Shown piece after piece: positions 25,217 to 37,519 of a stretch of 64,000 nt of DNA. The translations under genes and the position numbers were made by a program. The notes beneath the pieces were generated by a model. The model was not told where the DNA came from. It worked only from the letters and a program-made list of their open reading frames with translations, and searched no databases. Each line of letters opens with the position of its first letter. Position 1 is the stretch's first letter. Source of the DNA: Podarcis muralis (taxonomy: Eukaryota). Location of the stretch: NCBI RefSeq assembly GCF_964188315.1, contig NC_135667.1, forward strand, positions 25,358,001-25,422,000, given 5' to 3'.

Positions 25217-27235
25217 AAATCACATCTCTATAGAACTTCCAGTTTTTCAGCACAATTACATGTAAGTGGAATGCATTAAAATAATACTTAAGGATTTAAA
25301 ACCACCTATGTTTTGAAGCAATCACCATCTTGCTTTTGCGCCATTTTTTTTAAAAAAATATTTATTTCCTTTTCATCATGATTCACAACACATTTGCACA
25401 GTATTTCTTACATGGGAAAAATTGCACAAAGGATTGTTTTTTTCTGTTTCTTTTTAATTGTTCTATGGTTAAGCATAGGAGGTTATGCTAGTTGGCCTTT
25501 AATACCGTACATATGGGGGTATAACACTGAATTATTACATTTGTGGAATATATGTGTGTGTTTTAAATAATATACATAACTAACAAACAATCCTAAATAA
25601 ATTCTAAAGCATGTATTTATGTTTTTTTTCTTCATTTGGCTTTCCCCCAAAAAAGAATTACTCAATGCAAAGAAGTCAAAAATATACACAGTATACAAAA
25701 TGCATCAATTATTAAAAAGGGCGAAAGGGTTGTTATACTGTCATTTAATTTCTTTCAAACTTGGTGCTAATCTTATGGAAAGGTCATACTCTATATGTTT
25801 ACATTGTTCTAGCTGCCTCAAAGGAATCAGCAAAGTAATTTCTTTAACTCAACTTTTCTTCCTCTTCAAAAAGTTCACTTGGCTGACGCTATCTCAGTTA
25901 GAAACAGCTTTCCTTTGGGAATAAATATTGTAGTGTGTGACATTCACTTTATATTTTAATGTCAATTGTAGTATAATGTCTAAGTCACTGCACTAGAATC
26001 AACTTTGATGTATAATGGGACATTAAATCAACTTTGATGTATAATGGGACCCAACGTTCATAATCTGTGATTCGTCTGCTTTTGATTTGGTGATGAAGTG
26101 ATCAAACCTTAATTCAGAGTTAGTTTCTAAAATATCAAAAGTGGGAGGAGGATCAAATATACAGCTCCCCGGCCTGAAAAATGTTTAAATGAATTATTTG
26201 TAGCCTCTCGGAAAATCAAGAAATGGTTACATGGGACATTTTTTATAATGGTAAGCTATTTTAAATTTATCTTTAATAAGTTTGATTTCAGAGGTTCATA
26301 TCACAGCACTTTTATTTTATTCAGCATGTTTCATTTCAAGTTATAGCCATTCAGTCTTACATCTAACTGCAGACCTTTTCATAGTTTTCACTAATTTACC
26401 CTAAAGGAAGGTAATACTGGTAAATCTTTAGGACATTTCAACTCAGATCCTAGTAACACCTGTGTTTTTTTATGCTTGTTTATTTCGCCCGGTGCCTTTG
26501 TGTCCAAGTGTCTGCATACTCTAACATGATAAAACTCCAGCAACTCCCATGGTCAAGAAGCTTTGGAACCTTCTTGATCATGGACCTTGCTATAGATAAT
26601 CAGTGAACTCTCAATTCACATCCTGAAAGTAAGAAAGAGCTTGGGATCAGTCTAACTCACACATACATACTCATGATTGCATGACTGCCACCTTGTTTGA
26701 ATGGGCAATGGAAGGCATATCAGGGGAATCAGGACACATATCCAGCTGTTGGCAAATGAAAAAAAAATATGCAAGTGTTGCACATGGTATCTTTGAAACT
26801 GCTATAACATAACGGTTACCATTACCACATGTTGTAAGAGTGATTTTCATTAGTTAATCATTAATTGGATGGAGAAGTAACTGGCGCATTGTGATTTGCT
26901 CATTTGAGCTGAAGAAAGTGATGAACAGCAAACTCCAAAGCACATTCACTCAGAAGTTAAGTTTCCTATGAGCATTTCCTCGGCACTTTCTGTTTAAGTA
27001 AGTGTGCATATGATTGTGGCCCCAATGAAATTCATGTTTTGATTATTAAGACTCTGCACACACTACATAAGAGTAAGCTCCACTGAAGGTACTGCAACTT
27101 ATATCTAAATAACCAATGTGTATGACTGCATTTCATGTGTCATTCATTTCAGTACAATGGTAAGCAACTGTGTAGAAATGAAAGGCAGAATGATCACTTC
27201 AGCTGATTTCCCTGTTATTTGGATTGCAGAGCCTC

Positions 27236-27510
27236 CAAGTGTCCCTATTTTGTAGGGACGTCCCTGATTTAGAGAAGCCATCCCGATTTCTCATTTGATC
27301 CCGGAATGTCCCACTTTTCCTTAGGATGTCCCTATTTTCATTGGAGAAATGTTGGGGGTATGGAGTTAGGCAGCCCCTAAACTGTCTGAAAGCAATCCTG
27401 TAAAGGGAAGGGTTTTTTTTTAATGTTTAATGTTTTATTATGGTTTTTATATATGTTGGAAGCTGCCCAGAGTGGCTGGGGCAACCCAGTAAGATGTGTG
27501 GGGTATAAAA
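27236..27510. repeat. interspersed repeat, second copy of the 5395-5705 family
   Basis: Shared GATTTAGAGAAGCC..GGAATGTCC..GTCCCTATTTTCATTGGAGAAATGTTGG and CCAGAGTG...AAGATGTGTGGG blocks. Confidence 0.65.
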
Positions 27511-28069
27511 CCTACATTGAGCAATATACTGATTATATGCTGTGAAATCCTATTCATAATTATTCAGAAGTTGGATTGTAATATATGTGTGGGTATTGTC
27601 ATATGTGTGGGGGCCCTGTTTCCACCAGGCAATTCATGGCAATATAGTATTCCTGTTAAAGCACTGGATTGCCCCAGATTATTCTGATTTTCCACAGCGT
27701 TGCTTAAGCAATTTGACTCCAATTGAATATGACCTGGTGAGTTAAACTTCCTTACCTGGTGGAAATTGTGTATCTTTGAAAGATGCAGTGTAGTTCTTGA
27801 CAGTTCTGAAGAGAAATGCAGAAATACTTTTTTGAAAGCATTTCAAATGAAATGAACAGGAACTGAAAGGAACTGAAATTAAGGATAAAAATGTATAAAA
27901 AATACCTCTACTCGTTCGCACTGCACAATAGTACATAGCACTGGATAAAATTTTCTGCTATAAATGTCTCCTCTCAAATATACAAGAAAAAGCAAGTCCT
28001 CTTAAATAAATATTCCTTCAGAACATGGGAGGGGGAATTGTGTCTTTATTGAGCTGTGATCAATATATT

Positions 28070-28949
28070 GCATGGCCAGGCGAAGACCCCCTGACCCCAG
28101 GCGACACCTGGGTGGAGTAATGATTCATGACAACATGCTATGGGATTAAAATTGGCCACAACTTTATTAAACTTTCAGATGTATGAAGACCTTGACTTAG
28201 GCATTGGGCATTTATTCCTCCCAGTCCCCAGCCGAGGATCTGGGAAACACCAGGGTTATGTAATCTGTGTGGGGTTAGGGCTGGCTCTGGAAGACGTATG
28301 TTTAAGCAGAGAGCCCCCCCCCCCATTTCACTGCAACACAGGGGAGAGCACTGACAACCTTTCAGCGTATGGCCAGTGACTCCCCTCATCACAACCCCTT
28401 TAACGGGGAACCCTGGGATTGCCGCCATGGGGGGGGGATGAGTCACCGCTCTCCCCCCCCCCCCGCCTCCTTTAGGGAGGATAGACTAAAGGATTCCACC
28501 CAAGGCCTGAAACCGCCAAAGTAGTGACATTTTGCTGTGGGGAAGGCAAAACCTGCCAATGCAGGGAAATTCCTCCCCGGTCCTTCAACAGCAACCATTA
28601 ATGACTGCAGCAGCGCCTGCATACTTGTAAAGAAGAGGTAACCTGCAATAAGAAGGCATAAACTGAGGGAGGGTCGGGCGGGAGAAGCTCTGGAGCTGAC
28701 TGAGGGCTCCCAGGTAAGTTCCACCCTCTATTGTGTGTGCAGGGCGGTCCCAATCCTACCTGGCCCATTCCCCTGGCAACGTCTCCCCAGCTGGGATTGG
28801 TTAATTGTTTAAGGTTAGGCAGGAACCTCCAGGTATCTAGCTTGGGGAAGCAAAGGTGGGCTGCATTGCAGGGAATCGCATTGGCTTGGGGGGAGGCTGC
28901 GCACGATCACACAAACAGTGCCCCCCATTTCATGGTGGGGAGTAGCCAT
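28070..28949 (-). mobile_element. putative Ngaro/DIRS-like element, diverged subfamily, copy 3
   Basis: TT-GCATGG terminus, GGCCACAACTTTATT (reverse complement AATAAAGTTGTGGCC), CCCC-TTTAAC-GGGG hairpin, subterminal hairpin near 28920-28940. Confidence 0.5.
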
Positions 28950-29644
28950 TTCCATTACTGTACAATGTTATTTCCATCCAAATTGATTTAATGGCTTTAT
29001 TATTATTTGTTGAGTCCAGATGCTCATCATGGCTTTACAGACTTGGGGAAAATTGCAAGTTTTGTTGTCAGAGAAATAAATAGGAGTAAAACAGAGAGAA
29101 ATCAAAAAAAATTGTGTCCATATTTTGACTTTTTGAAATATGGCAACCCTACCTTACTCCTATATCCATATGATAAAGCTACAGAACTACAATCATTTGC
29201 ATGCTTGTGTAGGAGTAAACCACATCAAATAAATTAATCCAGGGGCTTCTAACTGACCATGTATAGGATTTCAGGGTCTATACTAAAAATTACTGGCCTG
29301 TTACAATATCCCTAGTGGATATGAGGCCATAGCAGCTCATGCCGGATTGCCTGCACAGCCCCTAACTTGACATTGTATATATACCCAGCATCAGCCAGAT
29401 AAGTTGTAGCAGTTTTAGGACAGTGATTCCACAACTCTGGACAACAACACAGGCTACTAATTATTGTTTCTTCTCTATTTAGTAACATAGTACATAGGAT
29501 ATTCTGAAAGAAGCAGCTAGAAATACTTTCTGTGGTCTGAATTGTACTTTTATTTTATTCCATATAACTGTAACCATTTTACTGTTGTTGTTGTAGTTGT
29601 TATTGTTTCTCTTCTCTTTGTTATAATTTTTTTGTTGCATTCAG

Positions 29645-30661
29645 ATGCTCATTTTACTAGAAAACAATCAAACAACCATCACAGAATTTATTCTCTTGGG
29701 ATTCGGGAATCTTCATGGTCTACAAATCCTTCTATTTGTGACATTCTTGGCTATCTACCTGATTACAGTCTCTGGCAACATCCTCATATTGATTACTGTA
29801 TCACTCAGCCGAGGCCTTCACACACCCATGTATTTCTTCCTGTTAAATTTCTCTTTCCTGGAGATATGGTATACAACCTCAGTTGTCCCAAAGATGCTGA
29901 AGACTCTTCTTAAAGTACGTGAAGCCATCTCCTTCTCTGGTTGCATTACCCAGTTTTATTTCTTTGGCTCCATGGCAGTCGTTGAATGCTATCTCTTAGC
30001 AGTGATGTCTTATGATCGGTACTTAGCCATCTGCAATCCACTTCGCTACACAACCATCATGAACATCAAAGTCTGCTTTCAGATGGCAGCTGGTTCCTGG
30101 ATAAGTGGATTCCTGACTCCCATAGTGACTATCGTGCTAACTTTCCGATTGCCGTTCTGTGCCTCCAATGAAATTGACCATTTCTTCTGTGATTTAAGCC
30201 CTATTATAAAGCTCTCCTGTGCTGACCCTCATATAGCAGAAATGACCACATTCATTTTAGCATCCATGGTGACAATGGTCCCCTTTCTTCTCACTTTGGC
30301 TTCATATGCCAAAATTATTTTGACTGTTTTGAGAATTCCATCTGCCAAAGGGAAGCAGAAAGCTTTCTCCACATGTTCCTCTCACCTCATTGTGGTGACA
30401 CTGTTCTATGTCACTTTAGGTACTGTTTATGCAGCCCCATCAGCAAAACAGTCACCCATTCTCAATAAACTCTTCTCTTTGTTGTACACTGTCATCACAC
30501 CCATGTTCAACCCCATGATCTATAGTCTGAGAAACAAAGATGTCAAAGAAGCCCTGTGGAAACTCATCTATAAAGAACCTTATTGTCCGTGCATGGCCAC
30601 CACTGTGGAACCAGAGGCAGCATATAAGGGAACCCCAATAGAAGTGGCAATAGACCAGTGA
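29645..30661 (+). CDS. olfactory receptor (class II, OR10/OR11-like), intact, 338 aa with a long C-terminal tail
   Basis: LHTPMYFFL, MSYDRYLAIC, HFFCD, KAFSTCSSHL, PMFNPMIYSLRN; ATG directly follows the acceptor ttgcattcag. Confidence 0.93.
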   Translation: MLILLENNQTTITEFILLGFGNLHGLQILLFVTFLAIYLITVSGNILILITVSLSRGLHTPMYFFLLNFSFLEIWYTTSVVPKMLKTLLKVREAISFSGCITQFYFFGSMAVVECYLLAVMSYDRYLAICNPLRYTTIMNIKVCFQMAAGSWISGFLTPIVTIVLTFRLPFCASNEIDHFFCDLSPIIKLSCADPHIAEMTTFILASMVTMVPFLLTLASYAKIILTVLRIPSAKGKQKAFSTCSSHLIVVTLFYVTLGTVYAAPSAKQSPILNKLFSLLYTVITPMFNPMIYSLRNKDVKEALWKLIYKEPYCPCMATTVEPEAAYKGTPIEVAIDQ

Positions 30662-30972
30662 TCCTTACTTCTAATAAGTGAGGTATTGTTTTCTTTGAAG
30701 GGACAATTTACTCATTCATCTCAATCTTTTAATTTTAGAAAGATTTAGTATTAATTTCTATTGTGTTTCTGCATAGGCAATTGCTTGGGTTTATAAATGG
30801 ACGTCATAATTTATGTCAGGGATTCCAAGCCATGTGGCTGCCAAATCTCCTTCCCACACCCCCACCCCAAATGCCAGGGCTATATGGAGGCAGAATAGAT
30901 GCGAAAGACTTTGATCAGAATTGGAATTAAAGGTATCATCATTTTTTTCCCTTTAACTGCTTCTTCTATTCA

Positions 30973-31222
30973 GAGCCAGCATGGTGTAGTGGTTAAGAGT
31001 GGTAGATTTGTAATCTGGGGAACCGGGTTCACTTCCCCGCTCCTCCACATGCAGCTGTTGGGTGACCTTGGGCTAGTCACACTTCTCTGAAGTCTCTCAG
31101 CCTCACTCACTTCACAGTGTTTGTTGTGGGTGAGGAAGGGAAAGGAGATTGTTAGCCACTTTGGGGTTCCTTAAGGGAAGTGAAAGGTGGGATATCAAGT
31201 CCAAACTCCTCCTCCTCTTCTC
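30973..31222 (+). mobile_element. tRNA-derived SINE (Squam3-like)
   Basis: A-box TGGTGTAGTGG, B-box-like GGTTCACTTCC, body and (CTC/CTT)n tail. Confidence 0.75.
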
Positions 31223-31857
31223 TGTTCTACATTCTACTGTTCCTCATTTTCAGTTGAACTAGAATGTCTAACACTGACATAATATATGCAGTTTGCCATA
31301 ACATACAGTCCGTTTAGCCAAATTGCTTCCCCCACTAATTTCTCAAGGTTACACTCAGACATAAAATGTTTTGATGCATTTTGATGTTATTAAAAGTATG
31401 TTTCCATCAATATTTTTTGTTTGTTTGGTCTTACATTGATATGAAAATGCGCTCTTTGAAAGTGGTTTAAAACAAATCTTAATAAATTTCATAAATCTAT
31501 CCTTCACAAACTTTCCCAGATTGAGAAATAAATATGAAATCAAATATATATAAAAATTAGGGCTGCCTTAAGACCAGATTTTCCCAGACATTATTGGGAT
31601 TTCAAAGGTGGAATTGATATCTGGGGAGGAGTTTCTGAAAGGAGACACTTTGTCAAGTCAATGATACAAACTTGTTTTATTGGCGTTTTTGTAAGGGGGG
31701 GGAGCTCAACAATTTTATTATGTTGATTAGAGAGCTGATGTTTTAGTAGCATCCAATGTAGAAGAAAAATCAACACTAAATTAATATAAAATGAAGAGGC
31801 AGTTTATAATTAGCATAAACCTGGTTCAATAAACTATAGAAACAAATATTTAATTCT

Positions 31858-32759
31858 TCAGTTAGTTCTTCGTATTAGCTGTTCCCTTTTGTTCAATTCA
31901 GGCTTCAACAAAATAATGTAGCATTTGGGTGAAAAGATGCAAACCAATAATCCAGCACTGGAGGCTAAGATAGAAAAGATCTCCACAGCTACCATGTATT
32001 TCCCCTTAGTGCTCAAGTAGGTTGGAACAAAGGATAACCACACACTGCAAAACACTAACATGCTAAAAGTGATAAACTTGGCTTCATTGAACGTGTCGGG
32101 TAACTTCCTGGCAAGGAAGGCCAAAGTGAAGCTGGCAATGGCCAGGAAGCCAATATAGCCAAGGACACAATAAAACATAATCACAGTCCCCTCGTTACAT
32201 CCAAGTATTATTTCTTCAGCCATTGAGTGTACATCAGCCTCTGGCAACGGGGGAGAGATTACCAGCCACACAATGCAAATGCCTCCTTGTATAAGGGAGC
32301 AAGAAAGTACAATGGAATTGGCCAGCCTCTTTCCCACCCATTTCCTCATTCTGGATCCTGGCTTGGTGGCCATGAAAGCCAGAACCACAGTGAGGGTTTT
32401 TGCCAGCACACAAGAAACAGCCACTGAGAAGACGATGCCAAAAGCAGTTTGTCGGAGGAGACAGGTCACCATCTGAGGCTGTCCAATGAATAGCAGTGCA
32501 GAAAGGAAGCAGAGCAGGAGGGAGAGGAGGAGAGTGTAGGTGAGCTGCCGGTTGTTGGCTTTGACAATGGGAGTGTTGTGGTTCTTCATAAATGTGAAGA
32601 GGACTAGAATGGTGACCAAAGAACCAGAAAGAGCAGAAAAGGCTAAACTGAGCCCCACAGGTTCTTCAAAAGACAAAAAGCTTATTTCCTTGGGAATACA
32701 GAAATTATGGTTTTTATTTGGGTAAGTTTGGTCTGAACATGTAGCACAGTCAATCGTAT
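31858..32759 (-). CDS. V2R-A exon 6 (end of cysteine-rich domain plus 7TM)
   Basis: [53 protein letters not shown]; TGA at 31858. Confidence 0.93.
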
Positions 32760-33140
32760 CTGAAAAGGAAAATATTTGGCATAATTTCACAAACATGCCG
32801 TTAATCTCAAGAGCAGCCAATTTTACAATTTAAATTGGAGAAGAATAAGTTATTCATCCTGTAAAATGTAGTGTGACTACAGTAATTAAGGCTGAGTCTT
32901 TCTAAAGTGGAAAGTTTCAAATTCTTCCCAACTTTAAGGCCTTAAGCAGCCATTTTGTTTAACTTGAAAACCAAGCAAACAGAAATGATACCACAGAGCC
33001 CTGCTATGCATGTTTGCTTATTGCACTAGTAATCTGTATTTCAATGCTTCTACCAAGGCTGTTATACACATGCAATTCAAATTAGCTGACAAAAGCAATT
33101 GAAATACAACATATGGCTGGAAGGAAGTATATCTTGTTAT

Positions 33141-33692
33141 AAAGGCAAAGGACCCCTGACAGTTAAGTCCATTCGCGAACGACTCTGGGGTTGCGGCGCA
33201 CATCTCGCTTTACTGGCTGAGGGAGCCATCATTTGTCCACAGGCAGTTTTTCCGGGTCATGTGGCCAGCATGACTAAGCTGCTTCTGGTGAAACCAGAGC
33301 AGTGCACGGAAATGCCATTTACCTAGTGGTGGAGCTTCATGCTTCAGCACCGGGGGGCAGAGTGTAGGCAGGGGGGTGGGGTTGGCACGCGTCCTGCGTG
33401 TGTGGTACCCAGCATGGGCGGGAGGGCAGCTGTGATGGCACCCCATCGGGATTGTGCTGCCAGGGGCGATGCGCTCCCCCCGCACTCCTCTTCCTCTGCC
33501 AGTGCATTTACCTTCCCGCCAGAGTGGTACCTATTTATCTACTTGTACTTTGATGTGCTTTCGAACTGATAGGTTGGCAGGAGCTGAGACCAAGCAACGG
33601 GAGCTCATCCCGTCGTGTGGATTCGAACCGCCAACCTTCCGATCAGCAAGCTCTAGGCTCAGTGATTTATATCACAGCACCACCAGCATCCC
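33141..33692 (-). mobile_element. Sauria SINE interrupted by a hAT MITE
   Basis: Colinear with the SINE at 22214 on both sides of 33324-33504. Confidence 0.85.
33324..33504. mobile_element. 181-bp hAT MITE
   Basis: Perfect 8-bp TSD CATTTACC (33316-33323 and 33505-33512); degenerate TIRs TAGTGGTGGAG/CTCTGCCAGTG. Confidence 0.8.
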
Positions 33693-33753
33693 TTATACCT
33701 GCATCCCTTAAATAAGCCCTGCAATTTCATCACATTAAGTTACAACACAAATA

Positions 33754-33935
33754 CAGTGGTACCTCTGGTTGCGGACATTCTGGAGCTCCGGTCAGATACA
33801 GAGGTTTCTTCAAATGGAGGAACTGCTTCTGCGCGTACACACTCAGCAAAAACCCAGAAATATACTTCCTGGTTTGCCGCTTACATATCCCGAAGTTTAT
33901 GTAAGCGGAAGGATACGTAAGCAGAGGTATGGCTG
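33754..33935. mobile_element. Tc1/mariner (Tigger-like) MITE
   Basis: TA-CAGTGGTACCTCTGGTT ... AGAGGTATGGCTG-TA. Confidence 0.7.
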
Positions 33936-34214
33936 TACAATTTTACAGGTTAACAAAATTGCAAATGCATTTAGTACCGAATGCTAATGACATGGAAGTG
34001 GTAAAGAAACCTCCCTCTAAATTCTAGCATCTACTGTTACATATTTTAAAAGGCCACATTAAAAAATTGAAATTATTTGCTAACAATGTTTGGAAAATAG
34101 AATAGAGTGTTATCTGAATGCAGTCCTAGTGTATACACACATCCTTATGCATTTTTAGCCTTGTTTCTCTGAATTTCATGCAATCTTCCTCTTTCTATAT
34201 GCATTACTGCTTAC

Positions 34215-34341
34215 CCTTCTGGTCTGAAATTTTCCCTTCTGGACAGGGGATGCAGTCGTAGCAACAAAACGGCTTCCCTTCCTTCATTTTCTTGCTTGAA
34301 CCAGGAATGCACCTCTTACTGCATACAGAAATAGGCCTTGC
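34215..34341 (-). CDS. V2R-A exon 5 (cysteine-rich domain)
   Basis: ARPISVCSKRCIPG...CCYDCIPCPEGKISDQK, 127 bp, AG/GT flanked; too short for the ORF track. Confidence 0.9.
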
Positions 34342-34510
34342 CTAATCCATGAATGAAAAAAGAGAATATAGAGCTTGGAGTCCTCAAGAACTTGTGGGGG
34401 GGTCAACCTTAAATTGTTACCTTAATTTTAACTGAACTTTTGGTCATAATATAAAAGTGTTGATGCAGGTGCACCTTGTCTGGAATCCACACATTTTTAA
34501 TCAAGGAACG

Positions 34511-35750
34511 GAAATAAGGGTGATTTGGGAGGCCAGCAAAGCGGTAATGAGAGGGTTTCTGATACAACAAAACACAATTAGGAGAAAGTCACAGAATGAG
34601 ACTAAAGACAAAATTATGGAACAACTGAAAGATAAAGAGAAGAAGCTTAGAGGAAACCCAAAGAATTTGCAGATCCAAAAAGAAATTAAAGTCTTACAGG
34701 TTCAATATTCATAGTTAGTTAAGCAAGAAACTGAATGGAAGATAAGAAGGATGAGACAAAGAAATTTTGAATCGGCAAATAAATGTGGGAAATTACTAGC
34801 CTGGCAACTAAAGAAGAGACAAAAACAAAGTACTATTACAAACATTGTTACAGAAGGAAAATTGGTAGAGAACCCTGCAGACATTAGAAAATGTTTTTAC
34901 AAATATTATAAACAACTGTATAAAAAAGAAAAAGAAGATTTAGGGGAAATCGAGCAATTTATAAAGAACAATGGACTGCAACAGATTCCAAAGGATAAAA
35001 AGAATCTACTAAAAGGCTTAATTACAAGTGGAATACGCAATAAATTCAATGCAACTTGGCAAGACACCAGGACCTGATGGTCTAGCAGCGAAATATTATA
35101 AGACATTGAAAGATTGGCTTATGCAACCTCTGGTAGAAATATCTAATTCAATTTTACGGGGGGGGGGGGGGGGGGAAAGCACCTGAAACCTGGAAACAAG
35201 CTTACATTACTCTGATTCCTAAACAGGGTCTGGATAGATCCAATGTTAAAAACTACAGACCAATCTCCCTACTTAATGTGTATTATAATTTTTTTGCAAA
35301 TATACTGGCTAATAGGCTAAAGAAGGTTTTATCTGAGTATATTCATAAAGATCAGGCAGGATTTCTGCCTGGAAGACATATGAAAGACAATATTAGAAAT
35401 GTTGTGGATATTTTGGAAAAGTTAGAAGCAAAAAAGAGTTGGAAAGCAATGTTAATGTTTATCGATGCTGAGAAAGCCTTTGACAATGTTTCTTGGAGTT
35501 TTATGTTACATAACTTAGAGAGTATGGGGATAGATCATGATTTTCTAAACGGTATTAAAGTGATCTATCAAGAACAAAAAGCTAAAATTATTGTAAATAA
35601 TGTGGTTCCAGAGGAAATTAGAATTGAGAAGGGAACCAGGCAAGGGTGCCCATTGTCCCCTCTGCTGTTTATCTCGGTGGTGGAGGTCTTGCTAAGTATG
35701 ATTAGAAAAGATGAACAAGTTAAAGGTATTACAGTAGGTTAGAAACAATC
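34511..35750 (+). mobile_element. degraded L1 ORF2 fragment (linker plus RT N-terminal half) in V2R-A intron 4
   Basis: WEASKAVMRG, KTPGPDG, NYRPISLLN, QAGFLPGR, DAEKAFD, GTRQGCPLSPLLF; contains a stop and frameshifts. Confidence 0.9.
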
Positions 35751-36266
35751 TCTGCTGGAGTGAATCGCTGCAGTTAAGGTAAACCTTACCAACCCAACTA
35801 TGGCCCATCGGCCCTGATGTGGTCAGACAGATAATAACAACCCTTCCTGGGTGGGTGGGTGGGTGGGTGGGTGGTGAATCTGGTGGCAATCCAAGAAGTG
35901 GGACTCCGGGTGTGATTCTATTTTACAGGGTTGCAAGCCCACCTTCCTACAGGCACCTCATTGGCCTTTTTCCCTGGGATCATGCTGTGGCCTTGGCGGA
36001 CAGCAAATGCTGCTTCTCCAGAGCCCCAAGACTATGTTCTGACCTCAAGCAATGATAATTATTTTACATATATTCAATATAAAGGATGCATATTTTTTGG
36101 TTCCTCCAAGAACATCTCAATAAAATCTAAAGCACATCCCCTGTTTTGGAACTTCACATTTAATTTATTTAATCAACTCGTGAATTGTTCATAACATCCA
36201 AGCACATCATTGTCGGGTGAAACTGTGTTACAATCAGGACTCAAAATACCAACAATTTGATTGTAC

Positions 36267-36494
36267 CTGATTAAACCACTTGTGCCATGTTATAGCATCC
36301 TCATGGATGGTGAACATTTTCCCCGAAGATGTCTGGGGATCCATTCTCCCAACTTTAACTTTATGAAAGGATTGGTTTTGCGAAGCAATCCAATTAATAA
36401 TATCAAGCCCAGCTTCCAACTCCCCCTTCTGGTTGAAGGAAACTGTGTCTCCCGCACTATTATTAAATGACACACCCCTGAGGAAATGGTGGAA
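36267..36494 (-). CDS. V2R-A exon 4
   Basis: FHHFLRGVSFNNSAGD...WFNQ, 228 bp. Confidence 0.9.
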
Positions 36495-36658
36495 CTAGAT
36501 TTTGAAAAGAGAGAAAAGAGACATTTATGTCAGTCCTACAAATAAAGACAATGTTAACTGCATCTCACAAGGACCAGAACCATTACAGAGATTGTTTACT
36601 TCACTATTTTAACACCAATTAATGGCGCACGGTCTGAAGGGAAATCTGGCCACATTAC

Positions 36659-37519
36659 CTGCCATAGCTGATAAACCTGAGATGTCAGCTTCCTATTGTC
36701 TTCCAGTAATCTTGAATTGAGTCTGGATGAGGACATGACATGGAGAGCATGGGCCATGGCATAAACAGCATTGTATATACAGTAGCTATGGCCCGTCATG
36801 CTCATTTCAAAAAAAGGTGTAGGAAGCATTTCCAGGTTCTCCTCTCCAGTGCAAATATTCGGATCCATAACATCTGTGACTGTACTTGGGAAGACACAAG
36901 CAAAGGCTTGTTGCCAGAAGTCCTTGATGAAATAATCACCATCTGTGGTGGAGGGACTTATGTGTTCAAGAAATTTGTGAAATTCTGGTAGAGCATTAGA
37001 ATGAATTGTGAAAAACAGAGCCCCATGGATTATTTGTGTATCCCAAGTCTTTTGAAAAACTGCAGAAGTCAGCTCCATCTGGGCTGTCATTATCCACACT
37101 TTACCTCTCGCATCCTCTCCTATCTCTTCTTCTTCTGATAAATATGGAAACCATCTAAGAAATATCATTGAGTAAGATTCTCCATAGAGAACCATCACAT
37201 TGGCTTTGCTACCCATTATTTTATCACATATTTTCGCACACTCCTGTATCATGTCTTTTAGTTCAGTGATGAAAGATACTTTGGGGATTCTTTCTATGAA
37301 GGCAAAACAGATACCACTAGAGGAAAACATTGGAACCACTGTTTGCACAAATTGTTCTCCATTCTCAAGTTCCATCGTAAGGAGCCCAATCCATATCCAC
37401 TTGAAATGCAGAAGTAAGGAGAGAATCCCCTTATACTGAAGGGCTTCCTGGGGGACCATTTGGTAGAAGGAGAGGCCTGGAGTTTTATCATGCATGATGG
37501 GAGCAGGACCATATGTGAG
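36659..37519 (-). CDS. V2R-A exon 3 (Venus flytrap domain)
   Basis: LTYGPAP...FYQMVP..HFKWIWIG...KVWIMTAQ...YNAVYAMAHALH...LWQ, 861 bp. Confidence 0.92.

Noticed and set aside
25997-26050. Short local tandem duplications (about 29 bp here, about 24 bp at 9481-9525)
   Set aside because: Two-copy slippage events, not CRISPR-like arrays
30973-31050. tRNA-like A/B boxes
   Set aside because: SINE head, not a tRNA gene; no cloverleaf and it continues into the SINE body
32760-32820. ORF-track N-termini of V2R exon ORFs (also 47204-47240, 57547-57583, 38865-39133) and read-through past donor sites
   Set aside because: Intronic extensions of internal exons; boundaries were set from AG/GT sites and conserved exon sizes
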